64,000 nt of DNA from Pseudomonadota bacterium (GCA_041178085.1 JBEGVZ010000085.1:82229-146228); one strand, 5' to 3'; positions 45,218-55,734 are shown, counted from the first letter of the stretch. A program made the numbers and translations. The notes: generated from the letters alone by a model not told the origin.

Positions 45218-46759
45218 ATGTTCCACTTTTGGGGTTTCAAGTCCATGTTTCAACGCCTCCGAATTCGCAAGATCGCAACAAGTTGCGCGTTTTTGGTCAT
45301 GCTGGGCACGTCAATAGGTGTCGCTGGCCCGGAAAAGAACGGCCCGGCGGGCTGGCTTGCCTACGGGGATTTGCGCGGCAGCTTTGAACCCTGTGGTTGT
45401 GATCCCAAGACAGACCTTGGTGGAGTCCATCGGCTTGCCACCTTCGCCGCGAGGGAACGCGCCAACAACCCCGATCTGGTTTTTCTGGATGTCGGGAATA
45501 ACATTTCGCCTCCCGGCGCAGAGGGTGCACGTACGACTCTTGAGTTGAAAGACACCTTTATTCTGGAAGGGATCATCCGCATGAATCCGGGGGCAATGCT
45601 GCCCGGGCGTTTTGAACTGCTCCGATCGGAGTGGATGGAAAAGACAATTACCAACTTGAAGTCTGCATCACGTCTGGGCGGTCTGCTTCCCTTTGTTCTA
45701 TCCAACAGAAAGCAGACAAAATTGTCGCCGTGGCTCGACGAAAATGTGGCGGCCTTTCGCAAGGTTAACGGTGTCGTCGTATTCGGTTACACGTGGGACA
45801 GGAAGCTGGCCCGTCACTTTTTGCCGGTGTCAGACGGGGCTCTCCTGAAGCGCCTGAAGATCCTCACACGCAACGAGGAAATCGCCGGTCTGCCCCGGGT
45901 TCTTTTGTTTTCCGGTCCTGAAAACCACTTGAAGATCTTCGCCAAGGCGCGGATGTTTGACGAGATTATTTCGTCCAACGGGGCGCCTGACCTGGCCAAG
46001 CCAGAGACTCCCGACCTGAGGGACGATTCAAAGGCGATCACCCGCCTTCGCACTGCCACGGGAGTTGTCTATCAGACGCCTATGGGTGCCCAGGGTGTCC
46101 TCAGGGGTGGGGTGGCCCGGCAAAATCTGGCAAGGTCCCTTCAGGAACTGGTCAACCCGGGCGTTGTACCTGACATTTCAACACCGCGCGTCGTCCAGGC
46201 TCCAAGCGCCGCGACCCTTCTTTCGGCGAAGCCTGTGACGTGGCTCGATCGTAGTTACGTGGATACAGAAGTCTGGCCGGCTTTCTTCACGGCATATGAA
46301 AGTGCGGTGAAATCTGCGTTCGAGTCCCGATCCAAAAAGCGTCTTGAGGGGTTTAAAAACACCGCTTTTGCAGGATCAAGCGCATGCAAGGGCTGCCATG
46401 CCGGTGCTTACGACGCCTGGGCGAAGTCACAACACTCCAATGCCTTTGCCATCTTGATTGAGAAAGGCAAGTCAAAGGACGGTGAGTGTGTTTCCTGTCA
46501 CGTCCTCGGGGCAGAGGAAGACGGCGGTTTTGTGTCCCAGGAGGACTCACCCGAATTCATGAACGTCCACTGCGAGAATTGCCACGGTCCGCGCAAAGCG
46601 CATGCCGTAAATCCTTCAATCAAGGCGCCGTGGGGTATTGATCCAAAGCATCCGGAGAAGATTTGCGTCACGTGTCACCATTCACCTCACAGCCCCGATT
46701 TCAACTACAGGAAATACTGGGAGCAGATCCGGCACGGTCATGGGAGCGTTGCTCCCTGA
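45218..46759 (+). CDS. exported tetraheme c-type cytochrome with degenerate metallophosphoesterase-like N-domain
   Basis: It has a signal peptide and four CxxCH motifs (CKGCH, CVSCH, CENCH, CVTCH) in the last 130 aa or so. The N-domain resembles a UshA-type fold with altered metal motifs. Met10 (45245) is an alternative start. Confidence 0.8.
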   Translation: MFHFWGFKSMFQRLRIRKIATSCAFLVMLGTSIGVAGPEKNGPAGWLAYGDLRGSFEPCGCDPKTDLGGVHRLATFAARERANNPDLVFLDVGNNISPPGAEGARTTLELKDTFILEGIIRMNPGAMLPGRFELLRSEWMEKTITNLKSASRLGGLLPFVLSNRKQTKLSPWLDENVAAFRKVNGVVVFGYTWDRKLARHFLPVSDGALLKRLKILTRNEEIAGLPRVLLFSGPENHLKIFAKARMFDEIISSNGAPDLAKPETPDLRDDSKAITRLRTATGVVYQTPMGAQGVLRGGVARQNLARSLQELVNPGVVPDISTPRVVQAPSAATLLSAKPVTWLDRSYVDTEVWPAFFTAYESAVKSAFESRSKKRLEGFKNTAFAGSSACKGCHAGAYDAWAKSQHSNAFAILIEKGKSKDGECVSCHVLGAEEDGGFVSQEDSPEFMNVHCENCHGPRKAHAVNPSIKAPWGIDPKHPEKICVTCHHSPHSPDFNYRKYWEQIRHGHGSVAP

Positions 46760-48291
46760 GCGCCTGCGCTATCCCCGGACGGTGCGTAAATCCAGAATGA
46801 TTCATCAAGAATGCGCCAGGCATTTCCGGGGGGCGTTTTGAGGAGCTGCAATCCAAGAGCGCCAGGTTCATCGACCATCTTGCTCGAAATAAAGAGTGGC
46901 CCTCCTGCCATTCCCCAATTCTTGAACCGGGCCCTGGTATCCGAAAGAATCGTGGAAAACGGCTGGACGCGAGATTCCATGTAGGTATTGACGGCGTGGG
47001 ACCGCGCATCCCAAAGCTCAAAAGTCCCTGCGCGTTCTTGCACCGGATACCAGAATTTCCGCGTTGGATCGGAAAGGTAGGCGATGACCGCCAGGCAGTT
47101 GCGCGGCAACCAGCAGACGATTTGCCGATCCTTATATTCCGCCATATTGAGCACTTCCGCGGCCAGGTACGCCTCGGAATAATCTAGATCCCTTTCGATC
47201 CGGTAGATATCGATCTGCAGTGGCAGGTTCCAGGCAGTCATGAGCGTCAAGGCAAGCGGATACAGGTTGGCGCGTCTGACCAGCCTCAGATTGTACTGTT
47301 TTTTTTCCGATCGGCGGTCCGGGCCGGCTGAGGCGGATGCGATCCACTGGGCTGCAACCAACCAGACCAGCAGGATGCCGGAGTGCCTTGGTGCCTTGCC
47401 GTAATAGGCGAAGACAAAAATCGCCTCGATCGCTGCCAAGCCGGAAAGAAACAGCCATACGCCGGAAAGCTTGCGAAATCCTGCCATCGAGAGCGCCAGA
47501 AGGGCGATTGATCCCAGGAAAGGCAGAAGTGCGGGAACTTCGAACGGAAGGAACATGTTGGTCATAGAGTCAAAAAAATTCTGCCAGGCAACTTGTTTCA
47601 CTGGGCTGGAAGAAAACTGTCCGTGACTGGTCGGCCAGAGGACCGCGATGCTCAGTGCGAAGGGCAAGAGAAAGGTCCATTCGCTGTAGAGGGTCCGTTG
47701 GACTGCCAATCTGGATCTGGGCGGTTCTTTGCAAATGCGCATTGCGAAAAGGATCGCAGCCAAAAACATGAAGTGAACTGTGCTTCCACACAGGAGCGTA
47801 TTGGCGCCCAGGTCCCATCTGGACGGACGTGACTTTTTTCCAGCGCATTGGCTTGCGTAAAGAAACAACCCCAGTACCCCAAGGCTGTAATTCCTGGCGA
47901 TGACGGGGTATTCGAAACTCAAAACAAAGGAAAAAACAGCGGGTATCACGACCGCCATCTGGAGGCGGGATTGGAAAACAATAAGCCAGGTGGCAGCACA
48001 CGCAGCCAGCCAGTTGATCGCCTGCATTGCACGCCAGTCAAACGGAAGGTGGTGGCTTAATTTGGCTAAGGGGTAAAGTATCAAGTACCAGAGTGGTGGC
48101 TGCCCTTTGTCTGGCAGAATACCGAACATGCCGCTCAAGGTGCTGTCACGAGCCAGAAGCCACGAATCCGCCTCATCCCGCCAAAGCTCGTGATGGTAAA
48201 TCATCCAAAGTGTCAGCGCACACCAGCCGGTAAACACCAGGATGCGCAGTAAAAACAGGAGTCGGGTTTCAGTCGAGGAACTTTTCAACAA
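46738..48291 (-). CDS. polytopic membrane protein, probable GT-C fold glycosyltransferase (PMT/ArnT-like)
   Basis: 517-aa ORF with about 11 TM helices. The first loop reads HHELWRDEADSW (an acidic DE-type motif near TM1), and there is a C-terminal soluble domain. The assignment is tentative. Confidence 0.6.
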   Translation of the reverse strand: MLKSSSTETRLLFLLRILVFTGWCALTLWMIYHHELWRDEADSWLLARDSTLSGMFGILPDKGQPPLWYLILYPLAKLSHHLPFDWRAMQAINWLAACAATWLIVFQSRLQMAVVIPAVFSFVLSFEYPVIARNYSLGVLGLFLYASQCAGKKSRPSRWDLGANTLLCGSTVHFMFLAAILFAMRICKEPPRSRLAVQRTLYSEWTFLLPFALSIAVLWPTSHGQFSSSPVKQVAWQNFFDSMTNMFLPFEVPALLPFLGSIALLALSMAGFRKLSGVWLFLSGLAAIEAIFVFAYYGKAPRHSGILLVWLVAAQWIASASAGPDRRSEKKQYNLRLVRRANLYPLALTLMTAWNLPLQIDIYRIERDLDYSEAYLAAEVLNMAEYKDRQIVCWLPRNCLAVIAYLSDPTRKFWYPVQERAGTFELWDARSHAVNTYMESRVQPFSTILSDTRARFKNWGMAGGPLFISSKMVDEPGALGLQLLKTPPGNAWRILDESFWIYAPSGDSAGAQGATLP

Positions 48292-49273
48292 CCTGCTCCG
48301 CTGCGCGTGAGGCCGGGATATCGCCGCGGGCGACTGACTTTTCCATGTCCTTCACGAATGCATGGATGGCCGGGTCTTGTGCAAACCGCTCAAGAAGCAG
48401 GTCCTGGACCTCTTGTCGGAACCACTCAAGGGTTTGTTGCTTGCGCCGGGCGTCAAACGATCCGTCTTTTTTATGTTTCTTGACCCATTCTTCCAGTCCT
48501 TCGCGCACGGCATCGATACCCTCACCCGTCACGCTTGAACACGACAATACCGGGGGCGCAGGGTGGGACGAAGTCACGAAGTAGGACAAAGCATGCATGA
48601 GTTCTGACTGCGCTTTGCGCGCGAAGGGAAGCATCTCACCGTCAGCCTTGGTGACGACAACGAAATCAGCCAGTTCAAGATTGCCTCGCTTGATCCCTTG
48701 CAGGTCATCGCCACTGCTCGGCTGGTGTAGCAACACAAAGCAGTCGACCATGGATGCCACGGCACTCTCACTCTGCCCTACGCCAATCGTTTCAATCAGG
48801 ACAGCGTCATGCCCTGCGGCTTCGACCAGGAAAATGGTTTCCCGCGTCTGGCGGGCCACTCCACCAAAGGCGTCGCCGCCCGGAGATGGCCTGACAAATG
48901 CAAGGTCACTGCGGGAAAGCTCTTCCATCCGGGTCTTGTCGCCAAGGATGCTTCCGCCGCTCACTCGAGAAGTGGGATCCACGGCGAGCACGGCTACCCT
49001 GTGCTTTCCGCCCGCGATCAGTTTCTGACCGAGGGCTTCGATGAATGAGCTTTTACCGACACCCGGCGGGCCACTGATACCGATCCGGATGGACCGGCCA
49101 GCGCGTGGCATGACTGCGGCCAGCAACTCCGATGCCGCCGCCTGGTCACGCGCGGCCCGGCTTTCCACCAGCGTGATGGCGCGGGAAAGTGCCCGTCGGT
49201 CACCCGTTAGCAGCGCTTCTGCGAGGTCAGGATTTTTTTGCCGGGAGGGCACGGATGATCTCCGCTGCTGCAT
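48269..49273 (-). CDS. meaB: methylmalonyl-CoA mutase-associated GTPase MeaB/ArgK
   Basis: [18 protein letters not shown] and the P-loop GPPGVGKSS are present. Trimmed to Met29. It still overlaps the mutase 3' end by 47 nt. Confidence 0.9.
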   Translation of the reverse strand: MQQRRSSVPSRQKNPDLAEALLTGDRRALSRAITLVESRAARDQAAASELLAAVMPRAGRSIRIGISGPPGVGKSSFIEALGQKLIAGGKHRVAVLAVDPTSRVSGGSILGDKTRMEELSRSDLAFVRPSPGGDAFGGVARQTRETIFLVEAAGHDAVLIETIGVGQSESAVASMVDCFVLLHQPSSGDDLQGIKRGNLELADFVVVTKADGEMLPFARKAQSELMHALSYFVTSSHPAPPVLSCSSVTGEGIDAVREGLEEWVKKHKKDGSFDARRKQQTLEWFRQEVQDLLLERFAQDPAIHAFVKDMEKSVARGDIPASRAAEQVVEKFLD

Positions 49274-51371
49274 CGGTGATTCGGGTGCCGGGACCAAAGA
49301 TCGCAGCCACGCCGCATTTTCTGAGGAATTCGTGATCCCCCTCAGGGATGATCCCACCGACGACGATTTTTATGTCGGGCGCGCCAAGTTTTTTCATCTC
49401 TGCAATCAGCTGGGGGACCAGTGTTTTGTGGCCCGCGGCCTGAGAAGAGATTCCGACGACGTGGACGTCGTTGTCCACGGCCTGGCGGGCGACTTCCTCC
49501 GGTGTCTGAAACAGCGGGCCAATATCGACGTCAAAACCCAGGTCGGCGAGTCCCGTCGCGATCACCTTGGCTCCGCGGTCGTGTCCATCCTGGCCCATCT
49601 TGGCAACAAGAATGCGTGGCTGACGGCCTTCGCGTTTTGCGAAGGCTGCGACGAAGTTCCGTGTCTCTTCAAAGTTTTCGTCTTGTCCCATGACTTTAGA
49701 ATACACGCTGCGGACCAGTTGTGTACCCGGTTTGTGCCGGCCAAAGACCTTGGCCAGGGTCTCTGATATCTCACCCACGGTGCAGCGCACGCGCGCTGCG
49801 GCGACGCTGAGCTCCAGCAGGTTTGCGTTGCCTCGCGCACCTTTCTCAAGAGTCGCGAGTGCCTCTGAAACGGCTACCTGGTCACGGCGCGCGCGGATGT
49901 CAGCGAGCCGTTTTTTCTGGGCTTCGAGGACGGCGCGGTTATCGATGTCCAGCACTTCGACATCGCCGCCTGGTTTGTCGCCGACGGGGTACTTGTTGAC
50001 ACCGACGATCACGTCACGCCCGCTGTCGATGCGCGCCTGTTTTTTGGCTGCAGACTCCTCGATGCGGAGTTTCGGGATCCCGGCCTTGATGGCAGCCACC
50101 ATGCCGCCAGCCTGCTCGATCTCCTGGATGAGTTCCCGGGCACGCACAACCAGGTCTGCCGTCAAGCGTTCGACGTACCAGCTACCGCCAAGAGGGTCGA
50201 CCACATGGGTCACGTCGGTTTCTTCTTGCAGGATGAGCTGGGTGTTGCGTGCAATGCGCGCTGAAAAATCCGTCGGCAGGCCGATCGCTTCATCGAGCGC
50301 ATTGGTGTGGAGTGATTGTGTCCCGCCAAGCGCCGCAGCCATGGCCTCGATCGTCGTGCGGACCACGTTGTTATAGGGATCCTGGCTGGTCAGGGAATAA
50401 CCCGAAGTCTGGCAGTGGGTGCGCAGCATGGCGGATTGGGGATTCTTGGGATTGAAGGGAGCGATGAGTTCATGCCAAAGGGTGCGCGCCGCACGAAGCT
50501 TGGCCACTTCCATGAAGAAATTCATGCCAATGGCAAAGAAAAACGACAGGCGGGGCGCGAATTCGTCGATCGCAAGGCCCCGCGACAGGGCGAGGCGCAC
50601 GTACTCGAGGCCATCAGCCAGCGTGTAGGCGAGTTCAAGCGCCGAGTCAGCGCCGGCTTCCTGCATGTGATAGCCACTTATGCTGATCGAGTTGAAGCGC
50701 GGCATGTTACGGGTCGAATATTCAATCACATCCGCCACGATCCGCATGGATGGTTCCGGCGGATAGATAAATGTGTTGCGGACCATGTACTCCTTGAGGA
50801 TGTCGTTCTGGATCGTGCCGGAGAGTTTCGCCGACGGAACGCCCTGCTCCTCGGCCGCAACGATGTAGTTTGCCATGATTGGCAGTACAGCGCCGTTCAT
50901 GGTCATTGACACGCTCATCTGATCGAGCGGAATCCCGTCGAAAAGGACTTTCATGTCTTCGACGGAGTCAATCGCAACACCCGCCTTGCCCACGTCCCCG
51001 ACTACACGCGGGTGGTCCGAGTCGTAGCCGCGGTGGGTTGCCAGGTCGAAGGCCACGCTAAGGCCTTTTTGACCGGCAGCCAGGTTGCGGCGGTAGAAAG
51101 CGTTCGATTCTTCGGCCGTGGAAAATCCAGCATACTGGCGGATGGTCCAGGGGCGATGGGTGTACATGGTGGCGCGCGGGCCGCGGGTGTAGGGCGGAAG
51201 ACCCGGCAGGCCAGGCGCCCCAGGCCCCTCTGGTGGCGGAGCGTCGCTTGATGCGTAAAGGGGTCGTGTCTCGATGCCCTCAGGCGTCAGCCGGTTGAGC
51301 GTTTCGGGTGGCTGACCGCCGAGCTCCTTGGTTGCCAGTTTATCCCAATCAGATCGTTTGCTGGACGTCAT
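49227..51371 (-). CDS. methylmalonyl-CoA mutase (single-chain: catalytic barrel plus B12-binding domain)
   Basis: 714-aa ORF with the B12 DxHxxG motif in [13 protein letters not shown]. It also shows typical mutase TIM-barrel motifs ([13 protein letters not shown]). Confidence 0.96.
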   Translation of the reverse strand: MTSSKRSDWDKLATKELGGQPPETLNRLTPEGIETRPLYASSDAPPPEGPGAPGLPGLPPYTRGPRATMYTHRPWTIRQYAGFSTAEESNAFYRRNLAAGQKGLSVAFDLATHRGYDSDHPRVVGDVGKAGVAIDSVEDMKVLFDGIPLDQMSVSMTMNGAVLPIMANYIVAAEEQGVPSAKLSGTIQNDILKEYMVRNTFIYPPEPSMRIVADVIEYSTRNMPRFNSISISGYHMQEAGADSALELAYTLADGLEYVRLALSRGLAIDEFAPRLSFFFAIGMNFFMEVAKLRAARTLWHELIAPFNPKNPQSAMLRTHCQTSGYSLTSQDPYNNVVRTTIEAMAAALGGTQSLHTNALDEAIGLPTDFSARIARNTQLILQEETDVTHVVDPLGGSWYVERLTADLVVRARELIQEIEQAGGMVAAIKAGIPKLRIEESAAKKQARIDSGRDVIVGVNKYPVGDKPGGDVEVLDIDNRAVLEAQKKRLADIRARRDQVAVSEALATLEKGARGNANLLELSVAAARVRCTVGEISETLAKVFGRHKPGTQLVRSVYSKVMGQDENFEETRNFVAAFAKREGRQPRILVAKMGQDGHDRGAKVIATGLADLGFDVDIGPLFQTPEEVARQAVDNDVHVVGISSQAAGHKTLVPQLIAEMKKLGAPDIKIVVGGIIPEGDHEFLRKCGVAAIFGPGTRITDAAAEIIRALPAKKS

Positions 51372-51405
51372 GACGCGGTTCCTTAAAAGACCCGTTTAAC
51401 GTAGC

Positions 51406-52950
51406 ATGGGACGGGCCACATGCGCGAAGGGAATGGTAGTGCCGGGTTGGACGGAATATTGGATGACAGGAATTTCCTTCCCCGAGTGGGTTCGTCTGGT
51501 TGAGACAGGAATCACCTTGGCCGCGGCACTCAGTATTCTCAGCCGCAAGCGCGATCCAGTTGCATGCCTTGGCTGGCTTCTGGCCGTCGGACTTTTCCCC
51601 GTGGTGGGTACGGCCCTGTACATTATCGGCGGTGTCAGTCCTTACGAAGCCCTCGCGCGTCGCCGCCGCGTCTCTTCGCGGCTTGTTCGCTCGGAGGACT
51701 TGCCGGCAGAGCGCGCATTTGCACGCACTTCGGCTCTCGAGGAACTCGCTGCCAGCGAGTGCAGCGGTTTTGAAAACACGACCGCATGGACCGGCTGGGC
51801 TTCAGGGCACGGTTTTTTTCCCGGGACCCAGATCGAATTTCTAGAAAATTCTACGTCCGTCTACGCAGCTTTCGAAGAAGCGATCGTAAACGCAAAGCAT
51901 TACATCCTGGTGCAGTTTTATCAGATCGTCCCCGATGCGGTAGGTCGTCATTTTTACGCCCTGCTGGCTGAAAAGGCGCGGCATGGAGTCGCAGTGTACG
52001 TGCTCTACGATGCCATGGGTTCCTACCGCATCAGCAAGGAGCACTTGAAGCAGGCGCGCGCAGCCGGAATCAACGTCAGTAGCTTCATGGGTTTCCATCC
52101 GCTCAAGCGGCGTTTGCAAATCAATTGGCGGAATCACAGGAAACTGCTCATCGCGGATGGTGAGGTCGCGTTTGTCGGAGGGCTCAACCTGGGCGAGATG
52201 TACCTTGAGGGCCACGACGCCGACAATCCAACCTGGCGCGACGTCCACTTCCGCCTGCGCGGCAAGATCGCCCGTCACCTTGAACGCACTTTCCGCGAAG
52301 ATTGGCATTTTGCCACAGGCGAGGCGCCCGATTTGGAAAAATCAGCGACGGTGGTGTCTGCGCAGACCGCTAATCCTGACGAATTAGCCAAGGGCGCGTT
52401 CTCCGTATTGTGCCTTGCCCTTCCCTCAGGTCCGGCAGACAGCCGAACGGCTTTTCACACGACGCTCCTGGGGGTTTTATACGAAGCGAAACGTCGAATC
52501 TGGTTTTCGACTGCGTATTTTGTCCCAGACAAGACCGTACTCCAGGCCCTCAGGCAGGCGGTTGCCCGTGGCGTAGACGTCCGTCTCGTGATGCCCGCCC
52601 GCTCAAACCATCCGATCACCGATTTTTGCACGACTTCTTACTACCAGGAGCTTCTCGAAATCGGCCTTGTGATCCACCACTTCCAGCCGGGGATGCTCCA
52701 CGCCAAGGTTTTATTGGCTGATGACGATCTGGTTCTTACCGGGTCGTCCAACCAGGACTACCGCAGCTTTTTCCTGAACTTCGAGCTCGACCTGTTCCTC
52801 CGGGACCGCGCACTGGCGGACAGGATTGATAGATACTTCACTGATTTAATTGATAAATCTTCAATCCTGACCAGAGAAGTCCTGGACCGGGACTACCGCC
52901 ATTGGACCCTCCTCAGACGCATCAGCCGGCTATTCTCACCCCTCATGTGA
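51406..52950 (+). CDS. cls: cardiolipin synthase (phospholipase D family)
   Basis: Two HKD motifs are present (HRKLLIADGEVAFVGGLN and LHAKVLLADDDLVLTGSSN), with N-terminal TM helices. The start is uncertain (51406, 51433 or 51463). Confidence 0.9.
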   Translation: MGRATCAKGMVVPGWTEYWMTGISFPEWVRLVETGITLAAALSILSRKRDPVACLGWLLAVGLFPVVGTALYIIGGVSPYEALARRRRVSSRLVRSEDLPAERAFARTSALEELAASECSGFENTTAWTGWASGHGFFPGTQIEFLENSTSVYAAFEEAIVNAKHYILVQFYQIVPDAVGRHFYALLAEKARHGVAVYVLYDAMGSYRISKEHLKQARAAGINVSSFMGFHPLKRRLQINWRNHRKLLIADGEVAFVGGLNLGEMYLEGHDADNPTWRDVHFRLRGKIARHLERTFREDWHFATGEAPDLEKSATVVSAQTANPDELAKGAFSVLCLALPSGPADSRTAFHTTLLGVLYEAKRRIWFSTAYFVPDKTVLQALRQAVARGVDVRLVMPARSNHPITDFCTTSYYQELLEIGLVIHHFQPGMLHAKVLLADDDLVLTGSSNQDYRSFFLNFELDLFLRDRALADRIDRYFTDLIDKSSILTREVLDRDYRHWTLLRRISRLFSPLM

Positions 52951-52994
52951 GCCGGGCCAACAAAACCGGATTCTATTAGATTGAGTTTCATTTT

Positions 52995-53013
52995 GAGATC
53001 GATTATCAATTAG
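52995..53013 (+). promoter_or_regulatory. possible Fur box upstream of the iron permease gene
   Basis: GAGATCGATTATCAATTAG matches about 11 of 19 positions of the GATAATGATAATCATTATC consensus. It sits in an unusually AT-rich 60-nt stretch, about 60 nt upstream of the ATG. Confidence 0.3.
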
Positions 53014-53071
53014 CGCGTCTGGACACAGGACGGGTTGCCGTCCATCCCGCAAGCCTCAAGGTGGTACATCC

Positions 53072-55228
53072 ATGCGTAAAATCCTGCTGTTCCCGGCTCT
53101 TGTCATGGCAATCTCCTCGTCGGTTGCGTTCGGGGAAGCCAAGTCCACTTTCGGTGCAGGTCACGATCCGGGTCGCAATGCCCAGAAGCCCCAGACCGTA
53201 GCGGTGGCCAACATGCGCCAGTTGATGAGCCTTGTTGAGTACATCGGTGCTGATTACGACGGAGCAGTTGCCGATGGAAAAGTGATCAGCAAGTTTGAGT
53301 ACGAAGAGATTTCAGGTTTCACCGGGACTACGGTGGAACTGTTCCGGGCCGTCGCAAAGGCCCGCCCCAAGACACCCGGCCTGGAGGCGATCGACCAGAA
53401 ACTGGTCGCGCTTCAGGCAGCTGTTGCGAGCAAAAAATCCGGGAAAGAAGTGAAGGGTTTGGCGCGCACTGCGCGTGAGGCGCTCATCGATGCCTTTCAA
53501 TTGACCCTTGCCCCGGCACAGTCGCCGGTTCGCGAACTGGCAACTGCGGCGTGGGGCAGTTACTGCGCTTCCTGTCACGGCGCCAATGGCCGTGGTGATG
53601 GCGAACTTGCAGCCAAGATGGATCCTCCCCCGCGGAATTTTTCTGATGTGGAATTTGCCGCCATCAACTCCCCGTTCAAGTCGTTCAACGTCCTGCATGC
53701 TGGCGTGGAAGGCACGCCGATGGCTTCTTATGCAGATCGCCTTTCGACCAACGAGTTGTGGAGTTTATCGTTCTGGACCAGCGGACTGCCCTACGACCAA
53801 GGGGCAACGGTTGCAGCGCTTCCGGCAAAGGTACAGGCCGAACTGAAAACAAAAGTGAGCTTGGAACTACTCTCCCGCCTGTCTGACCATGAGTTAAAGG
53901 GCTGGATCAAGAGCAACTTGCAGTCGATTGCCAACACCGGTTTTGCTGCGGAGCAAGTCCTTGCCGCGCTTCGTGTCGACGGACCTTTCAATGGTGGTTT
54001 CGTCCGCAAGTCAGAAGACCTGGCGGCGTTGGCCTCCGTGGGCCAGCGGGACGAAGCTTTACCTCCAGGCGGGTCAGCGGCTTCCTCGATCGACAAGACA
54101 GCGGATCTGGTCGACCAGGCGGTGAAGCTTGCCGATGCGGGTTCCATGACCGAAGCCAAGAGCTTGCTCCTGGATGCTTATCTTGTCGGCTTTGAACCGG
54201 CAGAAAAAACGCTCAGGGCTTTTGACCCCGAGGCAGTGGCTGCCGTCGAACAGCGGTTTGTCGAATTGCGCTCCACTTTAACCGCGGGCGATGAGATGGC
54301 TGCCAGCCGTGCCGCAGCGGTAGAGCGCCTGACCAGTGCATTGGATCATGCCCGCAGCCAGGCCGTGAAGATGGATGCCCCGGCGGCTGGTGAGTCTTCG
54401 GGATCTGTCACAGCGGACTTCCTGGCTTCGTTTTTGATCATCTTCCGTGAAGGTTTTGAGGCGTTCTTGATCATCGCTGCTCTTCTTGCCGCCCTTGGCA
54501 ACATGGGCATGGCTGCTGCCCGCAAGTGGATCCACGTTGGCTGGGGTTCAGCGGTTGTCCTCGGTGTCGCCACCTTCTTTGTCCTGAACCACCTGGTGAA
54601 ACTTTCCGGCATGGAACGTGAGATGGTCGAGGCGGTCGCCACAGGACTTGCCGCCGTGGTCCTTTTTTATGTGGGCTTCTGGCTGTTGTCCCAGGCCGAA
54701 CGCGGCAAGTGGGACAAGTTCATCCGGGGCAACGCCCGCACGGCGGTCAGCTCAGGAAAGCTTTGGACTCTGGCCGGCCTGGCCTTCATTGCTGTTTACC
54801 GGGAGGCTGCAGAGACCGTTCTGTTTTATAACGCGCTTGCTGCCAGCGCGACTTCAAAGACTTCGGTTGCCGGGGGATTCCTCGTCGGCTTGGCCGTTCT
54901 GGCGGGCATTTGCTTCGGGATAAATCGCTACGGCCTGCGGATGCCGATGCGTAAGTTCTTCCTTTCAACCAGCGCCCTGATGGTCGCCTTGTCCGTCGTA
55001 CTGGCTGGCAAGGCTGTGGCCGAACTGATCGAAGCAGGGACTTTAGAGCCGGTCCGCATTCCATTTGTCCCGACTTTGGACATTCTCGGGATTTATCCCT
55101 ATGCGCAGACCTTGGCGGTCCAGAGCTTTTTCCTGGCCGTAGCGGGCGGTTTCTACCTTTGGAAACGCCGGGCTGAGGCGCAAGCAGTGTCCTTGTCCTT
55201 GTCCACGGCCCAGCGGTCTGGTAACTAA
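53072..55228 (+). CDS. cytochrome c / FTR1-family iron permease fusion
   Basis: It has a signal peptide, a CASCHG heme-binding site and a long periplasmic helical region. A 7-TM FTR1 domain follows, with REGFE (FREGFEAF) and a second REAAE motif. Confidence 0.88.
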   Translation: MRKILLFPALVMAISSSVAFGEAKSTFGAGHDPGRNAQKPQTVAVANMRQLMSLVEYIGADYDGAVADGKVISKFEYEEISGFTGTTVELFRAVAKARPKTPGLEAIDQKLVALQAAVASKKSGKEVKGLARTAREALIDAFQLTLAPAQSPVRELATAAWGSYCASCHGANGRGDGELAAKMDPPPRNFSDVEFAAINSPFKSFNVLHAGVEGTPMASYADRLSTNELWSLSFWTSGLPYDQGATVAALPAKVQAELKTKVSLELLSRLSDHELKGWIKSNLQSIANTGFAAEQVLAALRVDGPFNGGFVRKSEDLAALASVGQRDEALPPGGSAASSIDKTADLVDQAVKLADAGSMTEAKSLLLDAYLVGFEPAEKTLRAFDPEAVAAVEQRFVELRSTLTAGDEMAASRAAAVERLTSALDHARSQAVKMDAPAAGESSGSVTADFLASFLIIFREGFEAFLIIAALLAALGNMGMAAARKWIHVGWGSAVVLGVATFFVLNHLVKLSGMEREMVEAVATGLAAVVLFYVGFWLLSQAERGKWDKFIRGNARTAVSSGKLWTLAGLAFIAVYREAAETVLFYNALAASATSKTSVAGGFLVGLAVLAGICFGINRYGLRMPMRKFFLSTSALMVALSVVLAGKAVAELIEAGTLEPVRIPFVPTLDILGIYPYAQTLAVQSFFLAVAGGFYLWKRRAEAQAVSLSLSTAQRSGN

Positions 55229-55244
55229 CGGGTTCCCCTGTTCG

Positions 55245-55319
55245 GGTCCCGTGGTGAAACGGATATCATATCGCCCTCCGAAGGCGGGGTTGCAGGTTCG
55301 ATTCCTGCCGGGACCGCCA
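55245..55319 (+). tRNA. tRNA-Arg (anticodon CCG)
   Basis: Hand-folded. The acceptor GGTCCCG pairs with CGGGACC. The anticodon arm is TCGCC-CTCCGAA-GGCGG and the T-arm is GCAGG-TTCGATT-CCTGC. The discriminator is G and CCA is encoded. Confidence 0.88.
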
Positions 55320-55359
55320 CCCTTCTTTTTTTACTGATGCGGTACTGCTCGCGCGTGGT

Positions 55360-55734
55360 TTACGGCACGCTCTGGATCCGCGTGGTGCAGAAGTCGCCGT
55401 TTTTTACTTCATTTGTGGTCGGGTGGTCGTACATCACATAGACCAGGCTGCGGCTCGGGTTAAGTCCGATCTGCGTGATCGGATTTCCGTCCGAACCTAC
55501 GCCGTTCGCTTCGATAGGTCCGCGGATTGCGGTGCCGTTATCGAAGATGATTCGGCCACGAGCCATCTGGTAGATACCCGTGGAGGTGCTGAAGTATACG
55601 AAGAATGTTTTCGATGTTCTATCGAAGTTAAATTGCAGGTTATTGCAGCGGGCGATCCAAGTCTCTGCCATGGCCGAAGTAGAAATCGCCGCAAGAAACA
55701 AACCAGCCATTCCGTGCATCAGATTGATTTTCAT
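55360..55734 (-). CDS. small secreted hypothetical protein (124 aa)
   Basis: Trimmed to Met10 (AAGGAGGA upstream). It has a signal peptide ...AISTSAMA/E and two Cys residues. No family recognised. Confidence 0.55.
   Translation of the reverse strand: MKINLMHGMAGLFLAAISTSAMAETWIARCNNLQFNFDRTSKTFFVYFSTSTGIYQMARGRIIFDNGTAIRGPIEANGVGSDGNPITQIGLNPSRSLVYVMYDHPTTNEVKNGDFCTTRIQSVP

Noticed and set aside
49041-50909. Several plus-strand ORFs of 200-240 aa antisense to meaB and the mutase
   Set aside because: They are shadow ORFs in a GC-rich coding region. They overlap each other and have no motifs.
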